Part shown: positions 18,532 to 27,605 of the stretch, one piece after another | Numbering within the stretch: position 1 is the stretch's first letter | Layout: the number at the start of each line of letters is the position of its first letter | Assembly: GCA_964493235.1 (NCBI GenBank) | Contig: CAZBNY010000001.1 | Coordinates: 1-37,287, forward strand | Direction: 5' to 3' | Source: an uncultured Lachnospiraceae bacterium | GTDB taxonomy: Bacteria > Bacillota > Clostridia > Lachnospirales > Anaerotignaceae | Length of the DNA: 37,287 nt | Position numbers and translations under genes: made by a program | The notes under the pieces: generated by a model | The model's database searches: none | What the model saw: the letters and a program-made list of their open reading frames with translations, nothing else | What the model was told of the DNA's origin: nothing

Positions 18532-18993
18532 ATGATATCCGGAAATGTGGAAAACAAAAAACAATTCATGTCCCTTCTTCTTAAGGGTACGGCCTTCGAC
18601 AGGCTTCTTGTGAGGAGCGTTGCCCTCCGCACATCTGTGCTTTTTGAGATAGACTGTACGCTGGACAAAAACTGGTTCGACTCTGACGAACAGGAAAGCC
18701 TTGAGAAATACGCCTCATGGGGAGATATGCGTCCTGTTATTTTCGAGCTTATAAAGGGGAACCGCCTGCCCGGATATATGAAAATAGTTCTCTCCCCCTC
18801 ACCCGAGGCGGCCGAGAAAATACATAAAAACGCCGCCGCCCTCTTCATTAATATACTTTTTGAAAGCAACACTCTTTTTATCTCTACCGGCAGCTCGGAA
18901 AAGGTATTCGCTATGGACAAGGCAGTTGAGAGGACTTGGGACGAGTACGCCCGGAGATTTTTCAGGCACAACGGCATTATTATAGCGGAATAA
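18532..18993 (+). CDS. DUF5721 family protein
   Basis: KQFMSLLL..AFD...FEID..LDKNWFD...W..MRP..FELIKGNRLP...AMDK..E..WD pattern recognised from Lachnospirales proteins; GGAG SD before ATG 18532. Confidence 0.75.
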   Translation: MISGNVENKKQFMSLLLKGTAFDRLLVRSVALRTSVLFEIDCTLDKNWFDSDEQESLEKYASWGDMRPVIFELIKGNRLPGYMKIVLSPSPEAAEKIHKNAAALFINILFESNTLFISTGSSEKVFAMDKAVERTWDEYARRFFRHNGIIIAE

Positions 18994-19031
18994 GACCAAA
19001 AGGCATAAAAAGATTAAAAAACAATTAATTG

Positions 19032-19058
19032 TTAGCACTCATTTAATTTGAGTGCTAA
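19032..19058. promoter_or_regulatory. CIRCE element (HrcA operator) upstream of htpG
   Basis: Perfect TTAGCACTC-N9-GAGTGCTAA. Confidence 0.97.
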
Positions 19059-19065
19059 TTTTTTC

Positions 19066-19093
19066 TTGACAATTACTTTTTTGGTGATACAAT
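19066..19093 (+). promoter_or_regulatory. sigmaA promoter of htpG
   Basis: TTGACA-16 nt-TACAAT with extended -10 TG. Confidence 0.75.
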
Positions 19094-19132
19094 AAAATCA
19101 GAAATCAGATTTAACGGAGGCGTAATTCAACA

Positions 19133-21148
19133 ATGCAACAGGAAAAAGGAAATCTTTCCATAAACAGTGAAAATTTTTTACCTATAATAAAAAAGTGGCT
19201 CTATACGGACAAGGACATCTTTATCCGTGAGATAGTATCAAACGGCTGCGACGCCGTGACTAAGCTCAAAAAACTTATGATAATGGGCGAGGCAGACAAT
19301 ATCCCCGCCGATGAGAAATTCAGCATTCATGTCGTATGCGATCCCGAAAAGAAAATAATTCAGGTCATCGATAACGGTATAGGCATGACGGCTGACGAGA
19401 TTAAAAAATATATCAATCAGATCGCCTTTTCAGGCGCCGCCGACTTTTTGGCCAAATACGGCGAAAAGACAGAGGACGAGAACAATGAGATAATCGGACA
19501 CTTCGGACTTGGCTTCTATTCGGCGTTCATGGTTGCCGACAAGGTGGAGATAGACTCCCTGTCATATCAGGAGGGCGCGGAAAGCGCTAAATGGATCTGC
19601 GACGGCGGAGTAGACTATGAGCTTGAGGCCGGCACAAGAGAAGTACGCGGCACAACGATAACTATGTATCTCGGCAAGGACGGCGAGGAGTTCGCCGACG
19701 AGGCCACATTATATGACGCTCTCAAAAAATACTGCGAATATATGCCTGTTGAAATTTATTTCGACACAGCGGACAATGACGAGAAAGGAGCGGAAGATGG
19801 AGACGATAGTTCTGAGGAGGGAACCGCTAAAACCGTAACTTCGGCTGACGAGCTTGCGGAAGTTCTTAAGAAGGACAAAGACGAAGAAGACGGTGAGGAC
19901 TCAGAGGAAAAGAAAGAAGAACCCGAGCAGCTTCCCCTTAACGAGACAAATCCCCTTTGGCTGAGAAAGCCCTCTGAATGTACCGACGACCAGTACAAGG
20001 AGCTTTATCACCATATGTTTGGAGATATGAGGGATCCTCTTTTCTGGATCCATTTGAACATGGACTACCCGTTCAGACTTAAGGGAATACTTTACTTTCC
20101 ACGTCTGATGAGCGACATGGAGGCTGTAGACGGTATCGTTAAGCTCTATTCTAATCAGGTATATATCGCGGATAATATAAAAGAGGTCATTCCCGAATTT
20201 CTTCTTATTTTGAAGGGCGTGCTTGACTGCCCCGATCTGCCGCTCAACGTATCAAGAAGCGCTCTGCAAAACGACGGCTACGCTTCTCAGATGTCTACCT
20301 ATATTTCCAAAAAGGTGGCGGACAAGATCAACAGCCTGTTCAAGAACGACAGAGAGGAATATGAGAAATTCTGCGATGATATCAACCTTTTCTTCAAGTA
20401 CGGCAGCATGAAGGAAGAAAAATTTTACGATAAGATCAAGGGTTCCCTCCTTTACAAGACAACGGACGGCAAGCATAAGACGCTTGATGAATATATAGAG
20501 GACAACAAAGAAAAGAACGGAAACAAGGTATACTATGTAAACGACGAAAATCAGCAGATACAGTATATCAACCTTTTCAAGAGTCAGGGCATGGAGGCGA
20601 TCGTTCTGCCTACGGCCATTGACAAGCCATTTGTGAATTACCTCGAGTACAGGGCTGAGGGCAAGTTCACGATGGAGAGAATAGATTCAGACCTGTCCGA
20701 CACGCTTAAAGGCGACGGAGAGACAAATGAGACACTGAACAGCGAATTCAAAACCCTGTTTGCCGGCATTCTCGGTAAGGACAAGCTCAACGTAAGAGTA
20801 GAAAACCTCAAGTCAGATTCCATCTCCGCCATGATACTCCTTTCCGAAAGGGAAAGACGTCTGATGGATATGCTCGAGACCTACAAGTATGACGACTCTC
20901 TCAAAGCGCTCTACGGAAACACATCAGTTGAGGAAACGCTTGTATTAAACGGCAGCAACAAGCTCATTAAGACTCTTGAGGAGCTTAAAAATATTCCGGG
21001 CAAGGAGGAGGAGACCAAACTCATCTGCGAGCAGGTCTACGACCTTGCCCTCATGGGACAGAAACCCCTTAGCTCGGAGCAGATGACTTCATTTATCGAA
21101 AGAAGCAACATTTTGCTTGAAAAGCTCGCTGAAAGCGAGTCAAAATAA
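19133..21148 (+). CDS. htpG: Molecular chaperone HtpG (Hsp90)
   Basis: FIREIVSNGCDA, IDNGIGMT, IIGHFGLGFYSAFMVA, DLPLNVSRS; GGAGG SD. Confidence 0.98.
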   Translation: MQQEKGNLSINSENFLPIIKKWLYTDKDIFIREIVSNGCDAVTKLKKLMIMGEADNIPADEKFSIHVVCDPEKKIIQVIDNGIGMTADEIKKYINQIAFSGAADFLAKYGEKTEDENNEIIGHFGLGFYSAFMVADKVEIDSLSYQEGAESAKWICDGGVDYELEAGTREVRGTTITMYLGKDGEEFADEATLYDALKKYCEYMPVEIYFDTADNDEKGAEDGDDSSEEGTAKTVTSADELAEVLKKDKDEEDGEDSEEKKEEPEQLPLNETNPLWLRKPSECTDDQYKELYHHMFGDMRDPLFWIHLNMDYPFRLKGILYFPRLMSDMEAVDGIVKLYSNQVYIADNIKEVIPEFLLILKGVLDCPDLPLNVSRSALQNDGYASQMSTYISKKVADKINSLFKNDREEYEKFCDDINLFFKYGSMKEEKFYDKIKGSLLYKTTDGKHKTLDEYIEDNKEKNGNKVYYVNDENQQIQYINLFKSQGMEAIVLPTAIDKPFVNYLEYRAEGKFTMERIDSDLSDTLKGDGETNETLNSEFKTLFAGILGKDKLNVRVENLKSDSISAMILLSERERRLMDMLETYKYDDSLKALYGNTSVEETLVLNGSNKLIKTLEELKNIPGKEEETKLICEQVYDLALMGQKPLSSEQMTSFIERSNILLEKLAESESK

Positions 21149-21162
21149 CTCCCCCCTTCCTC

Positions 21163-21197
21163 CGCAGAGACGGCCGGCCGCCGTCTCTGCTTTTTTT
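21163..21197 (+). terminator. Intrinsic terminator after htpG
   Basis: GCAGAGACGGC-loop-GCCGTCTCTGC followed by T7. Confidence 0.9.
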
Positions 21198-21203
21198 GCG
21201 GGG

Positions 21204-21233
21204 TTGCGCCGTGTTTTTTATTTGTGATATAAT
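21204..21233 (+). promoter_or_regulatory. sigmaA promoter of TetR regulator
   Basis: TTGCGC-18 nt-TATAAT with extended -10 TG. Confidence 0.6.
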
Positions 21234-21267
21234 ATAATCGATCATTTGGCAGAGGGAGGCGGTCAAT

Positions 21268-21813
21268 ATGTCACTGGCGACAAAAAGAGCTTTAGCGTCG
21301 GCTCTTAAGGAACTAATGGAGAAAAATACTCTGGATAAAATAGCGGTCAAGGACATAACAGACCTGTGCGGTCTCAACCGTCAGACGTTTTACTATCATT
21401 TCCATGATACTTATGCCCTTCTTGAATGGCTTTACCTTGACGATACAAAGGACATTCGGGAAAGAGTATATAATCCCTGCGCTGAATTTCACAAATACGA
21501 CCTTATATTGGAGTACATACTGAACAACAAAAACTTTATTATAAACACGTTCCATTCCTTCAGCGAGGAGCATATAATGGGAATGCTCAAATGCTGGATA
21601 AAGCCTATCATGTTTGAGATAGTCAGGGAGCATATCGGCAATGATCCCGACCTTGGTCCCGATGTAGATTTTATAGCGGACCTTTGCTCCTACTCGCTTA
21701 TCGGACTTGTTTTCGACTGGGTAAGAAACGATCTCAGCAGAAGTCAGCTTCCGCTTTTCTCTAAATATACACGGCTCCTGACCGACTATCTTACAACACT
21801 TGGCAAAAAATAA
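21268..21813 (+). CDS. TetR/AcrR family transcriptional regulator (DhaS-like)
   Basis: TKRALASALKELM...IAVKDITDLCGLNRQTFYYHFHD HTH; GGAGG SD. Confidence 0.92.
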   Translation: MSLATKRALASALKELMEKNTLDKIAVKDITDLCGLNRQTFYYHFHDTYALLEWLYLDDTKDIRERVYNPCAEFHKYDLILEYILNNKNFIINTFHSFSEEHIMGMLKCWIKPIMFEIVREHIGNDPDLGPDVDFIADLCSYSLIGLVFDWVRNDLSRSQLPLFSKYTRLLTDYLTTLGKK

Positions 21814-21957
21814 ACGGCTCCCTATGCTATACGCCGCCCGACAGATGTCCCGGTATCGCGGCCCAAGCCCCGGGGAGTCTTTTTTCGTTTATTTAGAAAT
21901 TCCTCAAATTCGTCAAGTTTTTTCATTCTCTCAAATATAATATTCAGAGGTGATAAA

Positions 21958-23244
21958 ATGCAGACACAAAGTATCAAGGCCATTCGTACAAATGACAATC
22001 GTTTATTTATATTCTATCACAGCTCCGGCTCGATCTTCTGCCGTCAGATAGACACGGATATGTCAGAAAACACAGTAAAGATAATGGACAATGTTTCGCC
22101 CGGCTTCTCCCTTTGGGCCGACATGAGCGGGATATATCTTCTGCTTGGCGGCATGGGAGGGATACACCTTTGCTACTATAATTTCGTCCGCTGGGTATCC
22201 AGACCAATGTCAAAGGACTTCGACCCCAACTGCACGAAGCTGTCCTTCTTTTCTATGGGCGAATCCGTCCATCTGCTCTACAGCGTCAAGGACAGCGCCG
22301 GCAACGAGGGTTTATACGCTCGCTCCATGAAAAAGGAAAATTGGTCCGCCCCGTCAAAAATAGCCGATATAATGCCCTTCCATTCCTCTCCATATTTCAC
22401 GGGTCGGGAAAGCCCGGATAAAGTACGGGTATACTATCGTCTTTCTGACAAAACGATCCGTTTCCGCACATTGAGCCTGACGGACGGCAGCGTTTCGGAA
22501 GCCGAAAACCTTTTGGCCACCAATCTTCCCTGCTCCGATATATCGATACTCACAAAAGGTCAGGACTGCCATATTTTATATTTGGCCCAGGGTATGTTTT
22601 CGTCCCAGCTCATATATAAGGGCATAAGGGCCGGAGTACAGTCGAGGGCGAAAGTAATATGGGAGGGTCAGCTTTCCGGCAGCTGCTCGCTCTTTCTGTA
22701 CGACAGCAGGCTCTATGCCCTTATATATAACGACGCGAAGTCCTATGTGATGTATTCCGACGAGGGCGGCAAAGCCTTTTCATCGGCTAAAAACCTCGGC
22801 TCGGGAATAACTCCGTCCTGCCTTAAGGCCGAATACATGGATTTCTGCGGCTTTGACAGCTTCGCGGCCGACGAAACCATTATAGACATCTCGTCACTGA
22901 CGTTTCCCGTAATATCGGATATATGTCCCTCCTTTATCCCGAGGAAAACCGCGGCGCCTTCTCAAAGACCCGAGCCGGACGCCGTCCGTAAGGACACCTC
23001 TCTCAGAGCGGCCGAATATGAGGAGCAGCTCTCCTCCATGAGCTCCCAGCTCAGTGAGCTCTCCAAAACTCTGGCGAAGCGCAACGAGGAGATAGCGGCT
23101 GTCGCGGCCAGATGGAGAGCCAAATACAACTCTCTTATGAAAGAAAACGAGACCCTCCGCGCCCGTATATCACAGCCGCGGGAAGTCTCGCTCCGGACCG
23201 CCGCCGATACCGGCTCACCTTCTGTCGAGACAGATGAGGTTTAA
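21958..23244 (+). CDS. Hypothetical protein; probable beta-propeller with C-terminal coiled coil
   Basis: GAGGTG SD, 428-aa ORF; repeated short beta strands (HLCYY, HLLYS, VYYR, HILYL, YALIY), Asp-box-like YSDEGGKAF, heptad-rich C-terminus. Confidence 0.75.
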   Translation: MQTQSIKAIRTNDNRLFIFYHSSGSIFCRQIDTDMSENTVKIMDNVSPGFSLWADMSGIYLLLGGMGGIHLCYYNFVRWVSRPMSKDFDPNCTKLSFFSMGESVHLLYSVKDSAGNEGLYARSMKKENWSAPSKIADIMPFHSSPYFTGRESPDKVRVYYRLSDKTIRFRTLSLTDGSVSEAENLLATNLPCSDISILTKGQDCHILYLAQGMFSSQLIYKGIRAGVQSRAKVIWEGQLSGSCSLFLYDSRLYALIYNDAKSYVMYSDEGGKAFSSAKNLGSGITPSCLKAEYMDFCGFDSFAADETIIDISSLTFPVISDICPSFIPRKTAAPSQRPEPDAVRKDTSLRAAEYEEQLSSMSSQLSELSKTLAKRNEEIAAVAARWRAKYNSLMKENETLRARISQPREVSLRTAADTGSPSVETDEV

Positions 23245-23592
23245 ACTCGGCAATATGAGCCGGTCAGCTATATCCGCTGCGTCGGCCACTATTTTTTCAC
23301 AGTCGCCGGATATGGAGCAGCAGTTTAAGGAACGGTATATTCCCCTGAACCGCTCAAGAAAAGCTATCCTTAAGCTCTTGGCCGTATCCCCGTCAAACAT
23401 AAGTCCAAATAAAAGTATGGCCGAGGCCGAGGCGGCGCACAGCCCTCCATAGCCAAAGCCGTTTCCCGCCGCCGATACCGACTTAAGCAGTTCTCCTTTA
23501 AGTCCCAGATGATACTTAACATCGGCGGCCTTTATTATACATTGTCCGCATGGACAGCCTTCCCTGTAGTATTTTTCAGCAAGCCTTCTCAT
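23215..23592 (-). CDS. C-GCAxxG-C-C family putative redox protein (variant)
   Basis: KYYREGCPCGQCII...GFGYGGLCAA...F...YRSLNC...C..IV pattern; ATG 23592 behind GCGGTGAG. Confidence 0.75.
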   Translation of the reverse strand: MRRLAEKYYREGCPCGQCIIKAADVKYHLGLKGELLKSVSAAGNGFGYGGLCAASASAILLFGLMFDGDTAKSLRIAFLERFRGIYRSLNCCSISGDCEKIVADAADIADRLILPSLNLICLDRR

Positions 23593-23648
23593 TCTTCTCA
23601 CCGCTTTGCCTGTCCTTTTATATATAATATTCAAAGGACAGGTTTTGG

Positions 23649-26261
23649 TTACTCAACGCGGTTTTTTTCTTTCAATACGGCTTTCTCAAGCTCTACAAAC
23701 AATATCGGCACAAATGACAGCCCCATCACTATGGCCCACTGTTTTATATTCAGCGCCGTCACGGTAAACACGCCCGCCAGTGCGGGAACCATTATGACCG
23801 AGGCCTGCATAGCCAGTCCTGCAACAAATGCAAGGCAAAGAAACTTATTGCTCAATATATGTATTTTGAAAATCGATCTGTCAGTACGCATATTGAAGGC
23901 GTGGACAAGCTGGGATATGCTTAAAACGGCAAAGGCCATAGTTCTGCTGACGTCATGTATTTCGCCGTTGTCATAGTATTTATGGCCTATTCCGAAGGCA
24001 ATCAGCGCTAAAAAGCCTATCATCACTCCCTCGAAGGCTATCCTCTGTCCCAGTCCGCCCGAAAACAGGCTTTTGTCCGAGGTGACCGGCTTGGCCTCCA
24101 TGACGTCCTCCTCCGGCCGGTCAAGTCCAAGAGCGATAGCCGGAAGCGAATCCGTTATGAGATTTACCCACAGCAGATGTATGGGAAGCAGCGGAGTGCT
24201 CCAGCCGAAAACCATAGCGGTAAATATTGTAAGTATCTCGCCTATATTGCTGGACAGCAGGAAATGCACGGCCTTCCTTATGTTGCTGTATATCACCCTG
24301 CCCTCCTTCACCGCGCTGACTATAGTCGCGAAGTTGTCGTCGGTTATTATCATGTCAGCCGCTCCCTTCGCCACATCTGTCCCGTTCCGCCCCATAGCGC
24401 AGCCTATGTCCGCCGCCTTGAGTGCCGGCGCGTCGTTTACCCCGTCGCCTGTCATGGCCACTATCCTGCCTTTTTTCTTATAGGCGTTTACTATTTTCAG
24501 CTTATGCTCCGGCGATACTCTGGCGAATACCGATATTTTCTCCAGAATGGTTTCAAGCTGGGTATCGTTCATTTTGTCAAGCTCCTCGCCCGTAACTATC
24601 CTGTCGCCCTCTTTATATATTCCTGTCTTTTCCGCTATGGCCTCAGCCGTAAGGGCGTTGTCACCGGTTATCATTACCGCCTTTATTCCGGCTCTTGCGC
24701 ATTCAGAGACGGCCCGGGCGGCCTCGTCTCTCGGCGGGTCTATCATTCCGACAAGTCCGGCGAATATAAGATTTTTTTCATATCCCCTGTCATTTTTGCC
24801 GAGCTCCTTATAGGCTACAGCCAAAACTCGCAGCGCAGATGATGTCATAGTCTCGTTTATTCCGAGTATTCTCACTCTCTCGCTCTCATCTATCCTTGTT
24901 CCATCTGACATCGATGCGCATATGGCGATGACCTTTTCCGGCGCTCCCTTTGTGATACAGAGATGCTTTCCGTTTCCGAAATCATGGACGGTCGTCATCA
25001 TCTTTCTCTCGGACGAAAACGGTATCTCCATGACCCTTGGCATTATCCCGTCCAGTCTTTCCTTGCGTTCTCCCATTTCCTCGGCGGCCTCCGCTATTGC
25101 CAGCTCCGTCGGCTCGCCCACAAGATGCCTGTCCTCATAATAGCAGTCCGTACACATGGCCGCCAGCCGCAGTATGAACTTCTTGCTGTTAAGACTTGTC
25201 CCTTCCCTCGAGTCAGTTACCTTGACGATCTTCATTTTGTTTTTTGTCAGAGTACCGGTTTTGTCAGTGCATATCACCCGGGCCGAGCCAAGGGTCTCCA
25301 CGGCGGGAAGTGTACGCACAATCGTGTTTTTCTTTGACATGGTCTGCATACCTATCGCCAGCACTATCGTCACTATGGCCGGCAGTCCCTCCGGTATGGC
25401 CGCCACAGCGAGGCTTACCGAGGTCATAAACATATCAAACGGCTCATAATGCCTGATCATTCCTATTATAAAAATAAGCGCGCATATGGCTATCGCCGAA
25501 AGTCCCAGTATTTTTCCGGTGCCGTCAAGCCTTTTTTGCAGCGGCGTCTCCGTCTCTCCGTCCTCGGCTATCATAGCGGCTATCTTCCCGACCTCGGTAT
25601 CCATTCCCGTTGAAACAGCTATGGCTCTGCCCTTTCCCGCCGTCACATAGGTGGACGAAAACACCATATTTTTCATATCCGCCGACTGAATGTCCTCCCT
25701 CAGCTTCACCGAAGGCTCCTTTGTTACCGGCATAGACTCGCCTGTCAGGGCCGACTCGTCTGTTTTCAGCTCAACGGCGGCTATGAGCCTCGCGTCCGCC
25801 GATACCATATCACCCGCCTCCAGCACGATGACGTCGCCGGGCACTACCTTCTCGGAGGAAATCTCTTTTATGTGTCCTCCCCTGAGTACCCTCGCGTGGG
25901 GCACGGTCAGCTTTCTAAGCTCATCTATGGCTTTCTCGGCACGGCTTTCCTGAACGACACCCATCACCGCGTTGAGTATGACTATCATTATTATTATAAG
26001 CGAGTCGGTAAAATCAGCCTTGCCCTGTATGCACGATACCCCGAGGGAGGCCGCCGAGGCGGCCAACAGTATGATTATCATTATATCGTTTAGCTGCTCA
26101 AAAAATTTTCTCAAAAAGCTCTTGTGCCTGACGTCTCCTCCTATTGTGTTCTCGCCGTATTCCTCAAGCCTTTTCTCCGCTTCCGTCTCGCTTAATCCCA
26201 TCGACGGCTTTGTGTTGAGCAGCAGAGCTGTCTCATCGGCCGTTTTGCTGTGCCAGTTCAT
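23649..26261 (-). CDS. Calcium-translocating P-type (P2A) ATPase
   Basis: LTGES, AIPEGLP, DKTGTLT phosphorylation site, KGAPE, MITGD, MTGDGVNDAPALK, WVNLITD; ATG 26261 behind GAAGGGAG. Confidence 0.95.
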   Translation of the reverse strand: MNWHSKTADETALLLNTKPSMGLSETEAEKRLEEYGENTIGGDVRHKSFLRKFFEQLNDIMIIILLAASAASLGVSCIQGKADFTDSLIIIMIVILNAVMGVVQESRAEKAIDELRKLTVPHARVLRGGHIKEISSEKVVPGDVIVLEAGDMVSADARLIAAVELKTDESALTGESMPVTKEPSVKLREDIQSADMKNMVFSSTYVTAGKGRAIAVSTGMDTEVGKIAAMIAEDGETETPLQKRLDGTGKILGLSAIAICALIFIIGMIRHYEPFDMFMTSVSLAVAAIPEGLPAIVTIVLAIGMQTMSKKNTIVRTLPAVETLGSARVICTDKTGTLTKNKMKIVKVTDSREGTSLNSKKFILRLAAMCTDCYYEDRHLVGEPTELAIAEAAEEMGERKERLDGIMPRVMEIPFSSERKMMTTVHDFGNGKHLCITKGAPEKVIAICASMSDGTRIDESERVRILGINETMTSSALRVLAVAYKELGKNDRGYEKNLIFAGLVGMIDPPRDEAARAVSECARAGIKAVMITGDNALTAEAIAEKTGIYKEGDRIVTGEELDKMNDTQLETILEKISVFARVSPEHKLKIVNAYKKKGRIVAMTGDGVNDAPALKAADIGCAMGRNGTDVAKGAADMIITDDNFATIVSAVKEGRVIYSNIRKAVHFLLSSNIGEILTIFTAMVFGWSTPLLPIHLLWVNLITDSLPAIALGLDRPEEDVMEAKPVTSDKSLFSGGLGQRIAFEGVMIGFLALIAFGIGHKYYDNGEIHDVSRTMAFAVLSISQLVHAFNMRTDRSIFKIHILSNKFLCLAFVAGLAMQASVIMVPALAGVFTVTALNIKQWAIVMGLSFVPILFVELEKAVLKEKNRVE

Positions 26262-26462
26262 TTTATCAACTCTCCCTTCGTATTTTAGGACGATCCCTTT
26301 AAACAATTTATTCAAGAAGCGTCAATATAATTACTTGAATTAAGGTGTTGGGCCGGCTTAAGAATTTGTTAATTGTTTTTTATAAATATTTTGCTAGTAT
26401 GATATTTAGGATATCATATATTGACATGAGGGAAAAATTACAATAATTAAGGTGTTGTTAAT

Positions 26463-27573
26463 ATGAATAAATTAGTGGGACTTATATCAGCCGCGGTCAT
26501 ATCCATCAGCTGCCTTAGCACAGTCTATGCCGATAAAAAGGTCACGGTAATGGTAAACGGCGTTCCCGTTGAGTTTACCGACGCAATGCCTTTTATCGAT
26601 GAAAACGGACGTACTCTCGTACCGCTCAGGGCAGTGGCCGATGCCATGAATCTTACAGTCGAATGGAACGGCACGCAAAAAAACAGCGTCCTTCTCAGGC
26701 CGGTTTGAGATAGGAAACGGGGCTTCCTGCGGCAGTTATTTGGGAAAAGACAAATGCCGGCTTACAGATTATAAAGTAGTTTTTACTATAGGCTCTAAGA
26801 CCTATACATCCTATTTCAGCGGTTCCGGTGATGACGGCTCATCAGCAGGCAGCGGAAGCCGGGTCGGAGAAATGGACACCATGCCGATCATCAGGGACAA
26901 CAGGACATACGCGCCCATACGCTATCTCGCGGAAGAATTCGGCTATGCTGTAATTTGGGACAGCACCACGCTGACCGCTTGGGTTTCTAATGAAAATGAT
27001 ATGAAAATGGGACACGAAATAAGCGTTCTCCCCACGGTCTATGAGGGTACCTTAGCGGAGGTCGAGCCAAATATCGACATGCTGAATTCCTGCATTTTGG
27101 AAATATTCGGAGCCGATGTTGATTTCGACCTTTGCTACACAGCGGTATATGAGAGCGAGGCCGCCTATGACGACGGAAAGGATTCTCCTGCTCGTATCTA
27201 CGGTCTGTGGGAATCAATAGATCTTTCCGACTGCTACAATGATCCGACGGATTCCTACTACTATCCGGTCAAAAATCTCAAGACCAACTCCGAGGTCAGG
27301 GAAAATCTCAAAAAATATATGTCGGACGAAATCATAGACAGGTACTTCCACAATGACTTCTTGGAATATGACGGCGCTCTTTATCTCCGCAGAGGCTCAA
27401 GAGGCTACGGAGCCTGTGAGCTGGACATGGACAGCCTTAAGCTGATCGAGGAAAATGACGAAAAATGCACGGTTTCCGTTGGTGCTATTTATTTCGGAGA
27501 GTCTGACGGGACATATACAGTCGAGTTTACTAAATCGCAGAACGGCTGGATAATAACGAATATATCAGAATAA
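26463..27573 (+). pseudogene. Secreted copper-amine-oxidase-N-terminal (stalk) domain protein with IseA-like C-terminal domain, split by a frameshift at an A7 tract
   Basis: ORF1: signal peptide plus PFIDENGRTLVPLRAVADAM..VEWNG; ORF2: PIIRDNRTYAPIRYLAEEFGYAVIWD; deleting one A at 26677-26683 joins them (WNGTQKTASFSGRFEIG...LGKDKCR). Confidence 0.85.
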
Positions 27574-27580
27574 TAAAACC

Positions 27581-27605
27581 GAACCGGGATTCATAGTCCC
27601 GGCTC
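27581..27605. terminator. Hairpin between convergent surface-protein gene and comF
   Basis: CCGGGAT-TCATA-GTCCCGG stem, flanked by AAAA on the left. Confidence 0.55.

Noticed and set aside
21900-21945. Sporulation sigmaE/K promoter upstream of the propeller orphan
   Set aside because: Only a loose AATATAAT -10-like match in AT-rich DNA; -35 unconvincing
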